DNA of 63,965 nt, the filler included, from Octopus bimaculoides (Eukaryota): assembly GCF_001194135.2 (NCBI RefSeq). It is 7 parts of 7 records of this genome, joined end to end, with 100 filler letters (N's around TTAATTAATTAA, not from the genome) between each part and the next. Parts side by side here need not be neighbours in the genome. Positions count along the whole stretch, not along the records: positions 19,445 to 39,421 come from NC_068982.1; 6 more parts are not named here. One strand, given 5' to 3'. Below the pieces are notes generated by a model. That model was not told the origin of the DNA and searched no databases. It saw only the letters and a list, made by a program, of their open reading frames with translations. Positions within the stretch are counted from its first letter, which is position 1. Every line of letters begins with the position of its first letter. The translations under genes were made by a program, and so were the position numbers. This document shows positions 25,361 through 38,367 of this stretch, piece by piece.

Positions 25361-27148
25361 CAGTCTATTCTAAAACTTGTACTTTTCCAGCCCAATTTAT
25401 TCTCAGAATTAGGAAAGTAGGGTGGTTTACTTGGAAAACTAGCATGTAATTTAAACCTTGTTAAATTATTAATATTACAAAGAGCTTTTAATGTGTTTAA
25501 TTATTTGTGGAAAGATGACCATGTAGAGACAGAGATTGACTAATGCATTAAGTTGAGCTAAATGCATATGTGAGGAAGATTTTAAATACATTGGTCCTCG
25601 TTTATCACGGGGTTTTGCTCCAAAAAAATGATGATAAATGAATCATCTCTATACACTATATAAATAGAAAAAGATGGTAGATTGAGTGACACTAGACTCA
25701 TGACCCACAGCAGTGAAGCTTCCACATATTTCTTGATCGTCTACATTTTCCTATAGAGAGTACACTCATCTGTGTTGTTTGTTAGGATCAAGTGCATTTA
25801 TATTTTTTCTGTTCACTGGTCCCATATTGATGGGTACAACTATGTAAATCTGCATTAAAAAAATGCACAACTTGGCAACATGATCATGTAAACCAAGCAA
25901 TAGTCAGTGCATTGTGGGTGGCCACTGGGGTGCATTTTTGTGGTACAAGCAGAATCTCTGACTGATCACTGACATGTTATCACAAGTCAATCAATGATAA
26001 GTATAACATAGTTCACATTTGACTGTACTGTGTTATACTTGGTCAGTGATGAATGAATCAACAATAAACAAGGTCACAAGTATAAGCATTTTGAATTTGT
26101 TTTGTATAGCATGTAAATAATAGTGTGTCTTTGTCGAGATTACTTTTTGAATAACTTGTAATTTGCTACAATCTGTGTAATGAAAGTTTCAGAGCCAAAC
26201 TAATAATAATAAAATTAATAATCTCTGCTAAGGTTTTGTACTGTGAGGAGAGGTTAGTCTGAAGCTCTTTCTGGTATATTGACTTACTTTGTTTTAAAAA
26301 TTTTTTTCATTTTATTAGCTGTTTTTCTTTTTTTCTTTTCAATGAAGACTCACTAATTTCCTTGAATTATTGTTTGTTTTTGATTTGTCATAGCTGATGT
26401 TGTTTTATATATGACTAACAGTCTACTTAGGTGCTTGTGTATTGACTGACTTTGTTTTGTTTTTTTTTCATTTTGGTTATGTACTCTGTATAATTGTGTA
26501 ACTGATATTGAAACATTGTATGCGTCTGAAATTGCAATCTTTTGTCTGTGGGAATTAGTTATGCTCTGGACTGGGACTTGACCTACAATATTCTCTTGTA
26601 TTGCTTGTAAATAATGCAATGACATGTTTACTTAGTGTTAACTGTTAATTTGGACCTCTTTGAGCTGTCAGTGTAGTTGTTTTATGCATGGCAAGAGTTG
26701 CACTCTGCAAAAATGTGACTATGATAACATCAATATAAAATCTGTTATGCAGGTTCATAGAATATTGTGTATCGATAAATTAGAGAAGGAGAGTGATGAA
26801 AGAGATGCAAGAAACCATAAATCTGGGAGCTTATAAAAAAAATTGATATGCTGGCTCAGTGCACTTTTCTCATAGCTAGTATTTTTTTTTTGTTCAGATT
26901 ATGTAAGCCTTGTATAACAAATTCTGTGAGCATTTCTTTTTGTTTCTTTTTAATAATTATTGAAAAACCATTTTGAAGATTTTACAGTCCTCTGCCATAA
27001 TGCTACATAGAAATAATTTTTTTATTGCCTTGTTCAATTAATATTCATTTATAGATTAATTTTGAAAATATATATATGAAATATATATATATATTCTTCC
27101 TTATTGGTAAATATTAATTAATGAAATTTATTTCTACTTTTAATTCAG

Positions 27149-27202
27149 GTTTATTGCCTCAGAGTAATGGAATACTTATCATAATGACAGCTACACCTAA
27201 AT
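27149..27202 (+). CDS. Candidate 54-nt internal exon, product unknown (phase1-1 reading: GLLPQSNGILIIMTATPK)
   Basis: Acceptor tttctacttttaattcag|G and strong donor AAT|GTAAGT; length a multiple of 3; only one frame fully open. Confidence 0.5.
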
Positions 27203-27819
27203 GTAAGTATATTTTCTGTTACTGATGGATGTCTCTCCATCTTCTCATTCACTATGCCATGCACCCCTCCCCCCACCTAGCCAATCATACATCATCTCTC
27301 TTTCTCTCATCCTTTCATCTTTCTCCTATCTACTGTATCATTATTACTATTCCGTTGATTCCACCCCACCCTTTCTGTACTGTCAGTCATCACTTTTCCC
27401 CTACCTCTCTCCAACTCATATGTATCATTGGTTATCCTTGACCCTTTAGCCACCTTACATCCACCCATCAACCCTATCCCAGTTTGTCGCTATTTCCTAC
27501 CCACCGTGTCTAACCGTCTCCCACACACTCTAGTTACCACTGCCCACTCACACTCCTTGTTCTCCTGTCCTCATTCACTTCTTCTCACCTCCTCTCTTGA
27601 GGATCCACCCTGACTCCTCATCGCTACTATTTATATCTTTATCCAGCTTTAACCCTGTTACTTGCACCTTCTCTTCTATAAGGTGGGTAGTTGTGTATCT
27701 CCCCTACAGCAAGAAACCTGTTCTCTTCTGACCCCTTCTCTCTCCCTCTAATCCCTCATTGCATAGCATAAAACTGCCCTCCTCCCTGCTATAGTCCCAC
27801 TCAGCTGAAGGAGATCTTA

Positions 27820-28050
27820 GTCTTGCAAGCTGCATGCAACCTCACTAGTGCTGGTGCCACAAAAAAAAAAAAGCAAAAGCACTCAGTACTTAATGTAAAG
27901 TTGTTGGCATTAGAAAAGACATCCATCTGTAGACATTATGTCAAAACAGACACTGGAGCATGATGCAGCCTTTGGACCTATTGGATCCTGTCAAACCATC
28001 CAGCCCATACCTGCATGAAACATTGATATTAAATGATGATGGTGGTGATA
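27820..28050 (+). mobile_element. Degraded RTE-tail-type repeat
   Basis: gctggtgccac...gttggcattagaaaagacatccatctgtag...ccatccagcccatacctgcatg...aaatgatgatg, an aged version of 19445-19650. Confidence 0.65.
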
Positions 28051-28779
28051 TTTGTGGTGAACATGACTAACCCCCCAAAAATTTGATGATCTAATTTTTG
28101 TCTGGTTGTTTGGGATTTTGAAAAGAGTGCTATAAATTTTTATCGTTGTAATAAAGCTGGCAATTCAAAATTATATCAGTTTATTAAACTAAGAATGAGA
28201 ATTTGGTAATTTTTGTGCAATGGCTGGAGTGTACATGTTAGTATTGCTAAGAAAATTATTGCTAGAATTGTGTACTTTGAGCACATTATAAACTTCACCT
28301 TTGTGTTTTATATCCAAACAAGTTTCTAACAGTACATTCTTTGATATTGTTTAGTTTCTATGTTTATTTATTTTTTTTTATTTCCATTTTTTCTTTTACA
28401 TATAAACATGTCCTTCAGCTAGGATTGAAATTAGGTGATTTTGCAATCACGTATCAACAGAAATATGAAAAGATAAATTTAGATAAAAGATAAATAACAA
28501 CAATAATAATAATAATAATATTAATAATAATAATAATAATAATAATAATGATAATAACAACACAAATTTTCACTCTTTTCAAAACACACAACACAAGATT
28601 GGAAAAGTTTCAGATTTGGATTTAGAAGGGTTATGTTTGTAGCTAGATTTGTATTTATATTTGTAAAACAGTTTACTGCTATTTTATAATTTAAAAAAAC
28701 TGTTTCCATTTATTCTATCTAAAATTTGATCATTTTGTTTTCCCTTGAATTTTCTTTTCTTTTTCTTTTCATTTATAAG

Positions 28780-28877
28780 CAACACTCATTCATTCATTGT
28801 CAACAGGATATGGTTTAGGAAATCAACTACAATTAATAGTAGCTGATGTGTTTCCATGGCTGAAAAATCTAATCTAA
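28780..28877 (+). CDS. Candidate terminal coding exon (phase 1: STLIHSLSTGYGLGNQLQLIVADVFPWLKNLI*)
   Basis: Long polypyrimidine tract ttttcttttctttttcttttcatttataag|C; phase-compatible with 27149-27202; no homology recognised. Confidence 0.35.
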
Positions 28878-29023
28878 TTAAATTAACCCCTATGGTATTA
28901 ACATTAGTACCATATTTAAGACTGTCTGCAATTTTAAGGAAAAAGGAAAACAGAAATTTTTTGTTTTCATTTTCATCTTTTTATAACAAAAAGGCTATAC
29001 TTAAAATACTGTGTGTGTGTGTA

Positions 29024-29090
<67 letters not shown>

Positions 29091-29091
<1 letters not shown>

Positions 29092-29189
29092 AAGACTTTC
29101 CGTATTCCCGAGCGTCATACTAATATATACTTTTGTTATTTACACCACCTGTCCTCGTCTGTTGTTATTTTTTGTATATTCTCCCATAT
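29091..29189 (+). mobile_element. Penelope-like terminal repeat fragment (sibling of 61708-61838)
   Basis: About 90% identical by eye to 61740-61838. Confidence 0.7.
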
Positions 29190-29364
29190 ATATATATATA
29201 TATACACACATACATACATGGCTTATTATTTATTAACATCATATTAGTTGAACTCAGTGCGGGAACCAATTTTAAGCTATTGATCTGAAATATTGAATCA
29301 TTTATTCAAGAAGTAGTAACAGAAATGGTTGGCGAAATCATCAGACTCAATGTTTTCCTTTGTG

Positions 29365-29399
<35 letters not shown>

Positions 29400-32300
29400 A
29401 CATGCACACGGAGTCATGTCTATATAATATTTAACATTATCATGAAAAATCAGAAATGTTTTCTTATAAGTTAGCTTTTAATTTTGTCGTAAGAATAACA
29501 ATTTTAAAGATGTTAGGAGCTATTACAATAATTTGAGTTTTACTTTCTGATTGAATTCCAAAGTCTGACCATTTCTTAATATAATAGATGTTATTAAAAT
29601 CTATGCCTTCAAGAGCAATTCTTGTTTCTTTTTTGTTATTGTTATTGTTAAATTCATTACAATAGAATTTTTGTTATGTTCAATCTCACATTATCTTTGT
29701 AAATTTCTATAATTTTAAGTTACTTCTTTACATTTAATTGCAATTGTTTCATATATTCTCAGATATTTGTTTTGGGGAAAAGAAATAAACCAGTACATCT
29801 GGTATTATTACAGCATCTTAGTTTTATCAGTTTCCTTATTTCAAACAACTCGTTATTGATATTTGTATTAAGACACAAGACTGACCACTAATACTAATTA
29901 TTATTGGATATATATATATATATACATAGACTCCCTTTGAGAATAATAACTATTGATAATACTCTGTGTGTGCGCTTGAACAAATGAGTGAACTGACGTG
30001 TAAGGGAGTGACTGTGTAAGATTAGGAATTTGTGTTCATGTATTGTTTAATTCATCTCATATTTTCATATATTTGTTTATTAGAGTATCAATTCTCCAAG
30101 GTCATGTAGGCTAGTCTTCTGAGATCATATCATATTAGCATCAATGTTTTTAAGTTCTCTTGAGCTTATCTGTATGGTTTAGGATTGATGGATTGATTTT
30201 TGTGTTTTGAAAAACTAGGAAAGTAAAAAGTAAGGAATGGTTGCTTTGAATTTTCTCGCAAATATGTAATTAGCTCAACTAGAAAACATACCTAAGATCA
30301 GAGACATAGACATGTGGTGGTGGTGGTGGTGATGGTGGTGGTGGTGGTGAGTGTAGTAATTCATTGGTTTGTATTGGCAATACTGAAAACCATCTTTTAT
30401 ACTGTAATTCTGGAGAAAATCAACCTGGCAGAATCCATTTCACTAGAAGTTTTACACATGCAATTAGAAAGCAGAACTTAAAAGCTAATGAAATAATTGT
30501 TCATTATTGCAGTTAGTTAGTGCAGTTATTCTTACTGAGTCTCTGGGTCATTATTATTCTCCTAGACAAATTAGGGGACCATATTTTGCTCTCAAGTTTC
30601 ATTTTCGGCTTGATTTCTATGACTGGATGTCCTTCCTGGCACCAACCCCTTTACATTGTGTATCGAGTGCATTTTATTGTGGCACCAGCATCTGAGCAAA
30701 TAGCAGATAGAAGCAAGAGGTGGGTAAACTGTGAAAGTGAATGATAGATGTTGATATCAAATGTTTAGTCAGTCAGGAGTAGAGGTAGGGTGTATGGAAT
30801 GCATGAAGGTTTAATGAGGATTGCTTAAATTTTCTCACCATCTGGAGATGGTGAGAGTTTCAGTGAAGAGTTTCAGATGAGAGGGAAGGGTGAAGTGTGG
30901 GAGAGAATGCATGGTAGGTCCCTTGATATTTGCAGTTTCTATGGAAGCAATGTATGATGGACTAAAGAGAATAACTGCTATTCGTATCCACATCGACATA
31001 CAAATCAAATAGATGTCATCTGCTTTGTGGAAATGTATGGCGGAGCTGACAGTGAAAGACACTTACGGCAGAATTAAACTAAAGATGTGCATATATCTTA
31101 GTTATTGAAATCTCTTTTAGCTCATATTCTATCAAAACATACTTTTTGTATGAATCTAATAAAAAAAAGAAATACTCTAGTATTTATATGAGTTATAATT
31201 TGCACATCAAAAACAATAAACTATATTTTTCATTGCTTCATTCTGTCTATCACTAATATTTATCGCATTCACGTCTTCTAATTCAGATAATCAGATATTT
31301 CACTATTGTGTATTTTTCATGATCCACTGAATATATTTCATAGCAACTCTGGCGGTAGTAAATTATGCCTCATTATCACATTGTTTTTCTGCTAGAATTT
31401 AGTGATTTACTGTGAAGGATTTAGAAAGAGATGAGACAGTTTCAATTCTAACATTAAATTTACTATATGCTAAGCATAACTATTCTTTAAAATCTTAATA
31501 CTGAATCAGTGACTGTATAGCAGATTCCATAGGCATAGCTAACAGTGAAAATAAATATCACCACACTTCAGTACATTTTAACAACAGAGAGTTTATTCAC
31601 TGTTTTATTAATAACAATACTACACAGTGCTTCTTATCTCATGTATATTAATGATTTTTTTTTCCTTCTTCTCTACATTGAAATATTTCTTTGTTGTCAT
31701 CTTTAATGCTTTTGTTTGTTTTGAAATACTTTTTACACATTCCTTTCTTTCCTGGGTCATTTCTTTTTTATGAATCTCAACTCACTGAAATTCAGGTTTG
31801 GATTTACTGAAAGTTGTTTGTTCTGTTTACTGTATCTTATAGTGTTTCTTTACCATTTATAATCAGTTCTCATCTAAGTTGCAAGTGATATTCAATTTCT
31901 TCTATTCTGTAGAGATTATTCTTTCTCTCTCTCTCTCACTCTCTCTCTCTCACTCACTCTCTCTCTCTCTCTCTCTCACTCACTCTCTCTCTCCTTAAAT
32001 TTTCAAATTACATAGACATCATCATCGGTTTAACATCCACTTTTCTATGCTTGCATGGATCAGATAGAATTTATTGAGGCAGATTTTCTATCTGGATGTC
32101 CTTCCTGTTGCCAACCCTCATTTGTTCCCAACCAAGTTAATAGTTTCCCATGGCCAGATATATTTTCTATATTTTCCCCAGAAAATAGAAACAAGTGACA
32201 CTACTTGTGTGATGATACTTGCTTGCAACTATTATACAATGTCAACATGAGAGGCAAGCAAAACACCTACACACATGCATACATACATACATACATACAA

Positions 32301-32558
32301 TGGGTTTCTTTTAGTTCTACCAATCCACTCAAAATCTTTGGTTAGCCGAAACCTATAGTAGAAGACGCTCACCCAGGGTGCCAACTAATAGTTTCAAATC
32401 TGTTATACAAATTCTTTAACTTTACTTATTCTAGTGATACATTAGTTATTGTCTTGAAAACTTTCAATTTTTAAAATTCAGATTTGTACTTCTTTGGTTC
32501 AAATTGAAAAGTGTTGAGACACTTTTTTTTTTTAACTTGACATTTTTATATATAATCT

Positions 32559-32705
32559 TCCGTTAGGAAGGGCATCCAGCTGTAGAAACTCTGCCAAATC
32601 AGATTGGAGCCTGGTGTTGCCGTCTGGTTCGCCAGTCCTCAGTCAAATCGTCCAACCCATGCTAGCATGGAAGGCGGACGTTAAACAATAATGATGATGA
32701 TGATG
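32559..32705 (+). mobile_element. Young RTE-tail-type repeat, 5' truncated
   Basis: cgttaggaagggcatccagctgtagaaactctgcc...ggacgttaaac...gatgatgatg. Confidence 0.85.
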
Positions 32706-33199
32706 AATCTCGTTAAAGATTTTGTTCAATACTTCAAATTCTGTACCCATCTACACCCAGGGGCATTTTTCTCTTCACAGTATCCATGCATGTTTATTTA
32801 TATTACTTCTCAGAAATATATGAATGACAAAATATTTGTTTGAACTTTTTTCAATGAAAATTTAAAAAATTCTTCTGATGTGGTAGGTGGTTTTACGCAT
32901 GTTATCAGAACAGAAATACTTAGAAAAGTTAAGCTTAGACTTGTCATGGACAACACAAAAGCCAACATTAATTTCTGCTTATCAAAACACAATCACAGTT
33001 GGTAAATGAATAGAAGGGTTGTTTTTGTTAGTCCTACCATTCATTATTAAATGATAAGATTGATAAAAGAACCTAATAAAAGAAACAATAGGACTTATAT
33101 AGTTCTATCATTCATTATTGAAGCAGTCCTGCAGACGACCTTGACAATGAATATTAGCAACCTTGATATCACAGCTCTTGACATGCTCGACAACACTCT

Positions 33200-34900
33200 T
33201 CTCCAGTGTATATGAAGGCTATATGAATAGTACAAGGATTGTACTATATGAATAGTACAAGTTAGCATGCAAGCCAGATAAACTTCGTTCTATACTAATG
33301 AGATAAAGGGATAGACAGATGATTGTGAATACTTAGTCTTTCCCTGTTGAAGAGTTTGCCAGTCGACATAAATTAGTGATTAGTATAAGTGAGAGATATT
33401 CCCCAGGGAAACCATACAACCTGAAGAAAGAATATATGGAAGCTGAAAGCCCAGCTTCAGAGAGGTGCTACTAGTTGATACACTCGTCAGGAGAGAGAAG
33501 ATAAAGGTTTATAACATAGAAAACTCAGGGTTTCTGTAAGAGTCTGCTGTAGGTTACAGACTAAATTAGCAGTTGATGCAAAGTTCCGGGGTGATGTGGT
33601 GGAGGAATAGTCAAGTAGATAGAGCTATGAAAGCTAACAGACAAGGCTGAAGAGACTGAAAAAAGATGGGGAACAAGGAACAATATCAAGTAGCTAAAAG
33701 AGAAGCTAGAGGTTACATATATTGAGCATGAGAAGCTAGAAGCTAGCACATGTTCTGTGGTATGAGGATGAGAGGGATAACATGATTCATGTTTTCAGGC
33801 AGTATTCCAGAGTGTGTCAAGGTGTCATTGGGAAAAGTGTGTACATGCTACACTAACACCGAAAAGAGGCATGGAAATCCTACTACGAGAGTTTGTTGAA
33901 TGAAGAGAATAGATCTGAGAAAGAGAGGAGAACCAATTCGAGTAGACCCAAAAGTGGCAATAGCTGTTGAAGTTGATTGATATGCTGTCAAAAGTACAAT
34001 TAAGGACATAAAGATAGGGAAAGCAGTTGAATCATTAGTGATACTCACTGAGATACTGGAAATATCTAATGAAGTAGGCCACTCACATAGTCATTAATCA
34101 AATCAACTGCTGCAATAGTGAAAGAAACACTATAGAGAGAAGCAACTGCAGAGGGAGCAAATTGAGGGACCAACTTTTGAAAGTTAGTGAAATCACTATA
34201 GCAAAACTGGATCTAATGCATCTTGAGTTTATGCTTGGATGAAATACTATGAATGTTTTCTTTTTACTTAGATAACTATAAGAGTAATACTTAGCTAGGA
34301 ATATGCCACTTGACCTAGCTTTTGTCCACTTGGAGAAGGCCTTTGACATGCACTAGAGTTTGATGGTCACTAAGGAAAATATAGATGAACGATTTGTGTA
34401 GGTCATACAAGCCAGATACAAGCCATCGGCAAAAATGAGTTTAGCAAGGAACTTAATGTGTAAGTTGGTGTATATAGAGGCTCACTTTCAACCCTCTCCT
34501 GTTACTGTAGACCTCTAGGTCATAACAAAAGAATTTAAGATAGGCTGTCCACAGGATCTCTTGCATGTTCATGACATAGTTCTCAATGGTGAATCAGTCA
34601 AACAAAAGGAAATTCAAAACTTGGAAGTAGAAACTTAGAATCCTGAGGCTTTAAAGTAAATTTAGTAATGACTAATTTGCAGGAGCTTGTTGCTATTGAG
34701 GAACTGACCATGCTCAGTATGTAAAAATAGGTATGTAGGTAGGAATTCCATATGGAATACTTAAAGTAAACTTTGGGATGCACAAGAGATGTAGTGGAAT
34801 TGCAGTCATGTTGATAGGGAAGACAGACTTTGTATGTAGCAGTGACAGTGCATGTGAAGTAAATACTCTCAAAGGAAATGTCAAAGGACTACAACTGGTG
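33200..34900 (+). mobile_element. RTE-clade LINE relic (APE end plus RT), heavily mutated
   Basis: SQINFVL; FPVEEFASRHKLVI; EAWKSYYESLLNEEN; SNCRGSKLRDQLLKV; YLARNMPLDLAFVHLEKAFD; VGVYRGS; ITKEFKIGCPQDLLHVHDIVL (cf. KTGCPWELLYADDLVL). Confidence 0.85.
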
Positions 34901-35122
34901 AGAAAATGTTAAACTGGTGAAGGCCTACCCAATCAATACAAGTATGAAGAACAGACGAAAAACAATAAAGATAGTGGTGTTGGAATTAGGGATGTATATC
35001 TACATTTGAGTCTGTCTTCCCCCAGTATATTCATATTTTGTCTCCACCTGCTTGTTCTTACTCTCTTTTCATTACTCTCTCACTTATCCATCATCTTTCT
35101 CATATCACTGTACCTCTGTCAG

Positions 35123-35170
<48 letters not shown>

Positions 35171-35362
35171 TTACTACCTATCTGACATAGATGGCATCAC
35201 ATTGCATCTGTATGGTTTATTCAATCTGCCCTTTAACATCATCCTTCTTTTGTTGCTGGCCCCATCTCTGTCGTCTCTTCCCTTACTCCCCCTCTTACCA
35301 TTCATTATTGACAGCTGTCACTCACCCCTCTTATCATCATCCATCTTTACTGCTCTCTCTTT

Positions 35363-35407
<45 letters not shown>

Positions 35408-36500
35408 TACTCTTAACCACTGATGACATCTATCACTCTCTCTCTCTCTCTCATTTCTATTAACCCTTTTCCAGCACCTTGTCTCCCTCCTCTCACCACC
35501 ACCCCACTGCCATCACATAACAAATGCTGTTTCTATTCAATCACCTCACCAACATTAGTTATGAAGTTTTCTCTCTCTCTCTCTCTCTCCTGATAGTATC
35601 TCTTCTGTCACCATCTTACCCTTATCACCCCGACTCTCCTCTTTTACACTCTTCTTTCTCCCTCTTATTCTGAACTACTTTCAGTTTACTTTCTTTTATC
35701 ACCCACTTAGTTCATATTGCTTCTATTCAATCTCCTTGCCAATATCCATCTTCTAGCTTGCTCTGGACTCTTTCCACCCTGTCATGTCAGAAAGAGAGGA
35801 ATGAACAAAGTCAACACAAAATAAAGGCTTCCTTTTAGTCCTGCCAAGAATGGGGCAACTTCTTTGGTGCTAATAAACAACTAAATGAATACAATGTTAG
35901 AAAGAAAGGATTCTTTAGTCTTGTTGGAGACACGACAATCTCTCTAGTGCTGGTGCCACATATAAATTAGACCAAGAGTATTTTATAATGTGGTTGCCAA
36001 TAGAAAGGGCATTGAGCTATAGAAACTTTGCTGAAAAATGGAATGTGTGAGGGATATAGTTACTGCCCTAACTATTAGGAGACTGATGCTAAGTAACAAT
36101 TGACTTGGACTATGATAAATTAGAAATAAATTGATGATGATGATGATGACGATATTAAGATAATCATTCTTTTTATGATATAATGGCATAGTCGTAGAGC
36201 TCCGATATTCCATTTAATCTAAAAAATAATGTGTAAACTATTTTATATGATTCGAGGATGAAAATTTAATGTTTCTTTGGTGTAACAGTTATTTTAAATA
36301 AGAAAATGAATAAAGAATATATATTCAGAAATAGTTAGGAAATATATGGTGGGGAAGAAAATCTATTTTCTAAGATATTTTTAAAAAAAAAATTTCTTAA
36401 AATTTACAAAAGATAAAGAAAATTAGATGATATGAGAGCTGTTATATGTAAAGGTTACAATAAACTTGGTATCTATCAGCTTTTTTTTTTGTTGTGTGCA

Positions 36501-36532
<32 letters not shown>

Positions 36533-37269
36533 CTTGTGTATCTTATGATATTTACAGTAAATCATTGATAAAGTCTGTATGAGAAAGAAACAGGCAATCA
36601 AAGTTCTATATTTTCATGAAATGAAGACTTTTTAAATGAGATGATCTCTTTTTAATGACATCAATGAACTAGGAAAAGAAATAAATCCTATGGCTACAGC
36701 AAATGGAACAATGAAAGGGTCTTTTACATTTATAAAATAAAATTCCATTTTTTTTTTTACCTCAAGATTAGTTTTCTTAGAAGCATATAGTCAATAAAAC
36801 CATTTAAATTGCTATCACCTATTGATTTTTCCACAGATGAAAAATATGCATATAAAACTTGCAATCTTTTTATTCTGCTACATGAGTTAAGTGATAAGAG
36901 AAATTGGGAATAGTATAAGAATTTAGTTAGCTTGAAATCTTTTAGAATTATTCAGTTGAATTTTGGCTATCTTTGACTCAGATGCATCGGCTGTAATAAT
37001 TTCAATTGTTTAATATCAATAAACTTATTGATTCAGATATGGGATCTCAATGAAAATCCCACCAGATTGATTGATATTCCTTTCTTTTTCTTTTTGCTTT
37101 TCTCTTTTTTTTTTTTTGCTTTTGTTGCTACTTTCATTGAATGCATAAAGAATAATGTAATTTGGTCCGACATTTCAAAAGCATCATTAAGTATCATGTT
37201 TTAGAATAATATCATCTTGTCTCTTAAGATAATATGTTTTTCTGTAATTTCTGAAAGCTTCCTTTGAAG

Positions 37270-37402
37270 TAATTACCTATCTGTCTCTCTGACGTAAGAA
37301 AGTTACAGACAATACCCCTTTATATTCACACACAACAATGCCGAGTGCAAAAATAAAGGGTATCCTATATAGCCTCCTATCTCAGAGACAGATAAGTAAT
37401 TA
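37270..37402. mobile_element. Small hairpin MITE-like element with TA ends
   Basis: TAATTACCTATCTGTCTCT vs reverse complement of right end TAATTACTTATCTGTCTCT; inner tacccctttat/ataaagggta also inverted. Confidence 0.45.
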
Positions 37403-37904
37403 AGACTTAATATTAGAGCTTAGTTTAATGGCGTTGGAGAATAAGAGAAAGAAAATCATTGTGCACGATGACAGTCTTCAGCGTAAGGCTGTATGTAATA
37501 GTTGCTGCAGCAGGTGTATCAGATGGGTTTATGCAGATATGGAGTGCAAGTGACAAGTTCTGAAGTGGAGAGCCTATTCATTGTAGTAACAGTAGAAAAC
37601 AGAGAGAGAGATTCAGAGAGAACATGGTAATAGATTTTTTAGATAAAATTCTATTTTATATTATTTATTTTAGTTATTGAGGATTTATAAATCAGATAGA
37701 GGGCTTTAGTGATCAGAAAGAAGTGTTGCATCCCTAATGTTGATTCAATTCTCCATAATATATTTGGCCACGAAAAAATAGTAGTGCTTTCTCAGACTGA
37801 AATTCTTTAGTTGAATGTAGATTTAGCAATGTTTCCTAGGATCTTGAGAAAGAATTTTAAAATAATGAATCTTAACAGATATTGCTCAGTATATATATGT
37901 ATGC

Positions 37905-37955
<51 letters not shown>

Positions 37956-37999
37956 ATAATGTAGGTAGCCCGTTAGCAATTAAAACTTACAGGCAAATT

Positions 38000-38358
38000 T
38001 ATAAACAAGGGTACAAACTAGTACCAGCATTGCTAGAAACAAGAGTTAAAAAATAACTCTATTAGCCACAAAAAAAACACTTATCTTAATAAGCTGGTGA
38101 AAAAGAGGGAGTAAGAAAGCTACATACCATAGTGAGACAGTCTCACAATTGAAGCAGCAGATATATCCGTATCATGTGATTTCGAACTCTGATGCATTGC
38201 ATCTCACTTCTTGTCAGTGGATCTTAATGCACTTAGGGTTTTAAGCATTACTCGCCTCATCAACTCAACTTAAGATAAGTGCTATTTTGTGGCTAATTGA
38301 GTTGTTTTTTGACTCTTGTTGTTAGCAATGCTGGTAATATTTTGTACCCTTGTTTATA
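38000..38358. mobile_element. MITE with ~90-bp TIRs, TA at both ends
   Basis: Left tataaacaagggtacaaactagtaccagcattgctagaaacaagagttaaaaaataactctattagccacaaaa...cacttatcttaa; right arm reverse-complements to tataaacaagggtacaaaatattaccagcattgctaacaacaagagtcaaaaaacaactcaattagccacaaaa...cacttatcttaa. Confidence 0.8.
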
Positions 38359-38367
38359 TATATATAT

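Noticed and set aside
26353-26625. 90-aa minus-strand ORF MSLHYLQAIQ...
   Set aside because: No splice or homology support; the sequence looks like UTR or intron.
27200-28809. In-frame TGA formed if exon 27149-27202 splices to the acceptor at 28807 (selenocysteine idea)
   Set aside because: The context PK-U-YG matches no selenoprotein family I know, no SECIS (AUGA/GA quartet) was seen downstream, and the stronger acceptor at 28780 gives an ordinary open frame.
30835-31080. Possible Penelope GIY-YIG remnant
   Set aside because: The similarity is too weak to support by eye.
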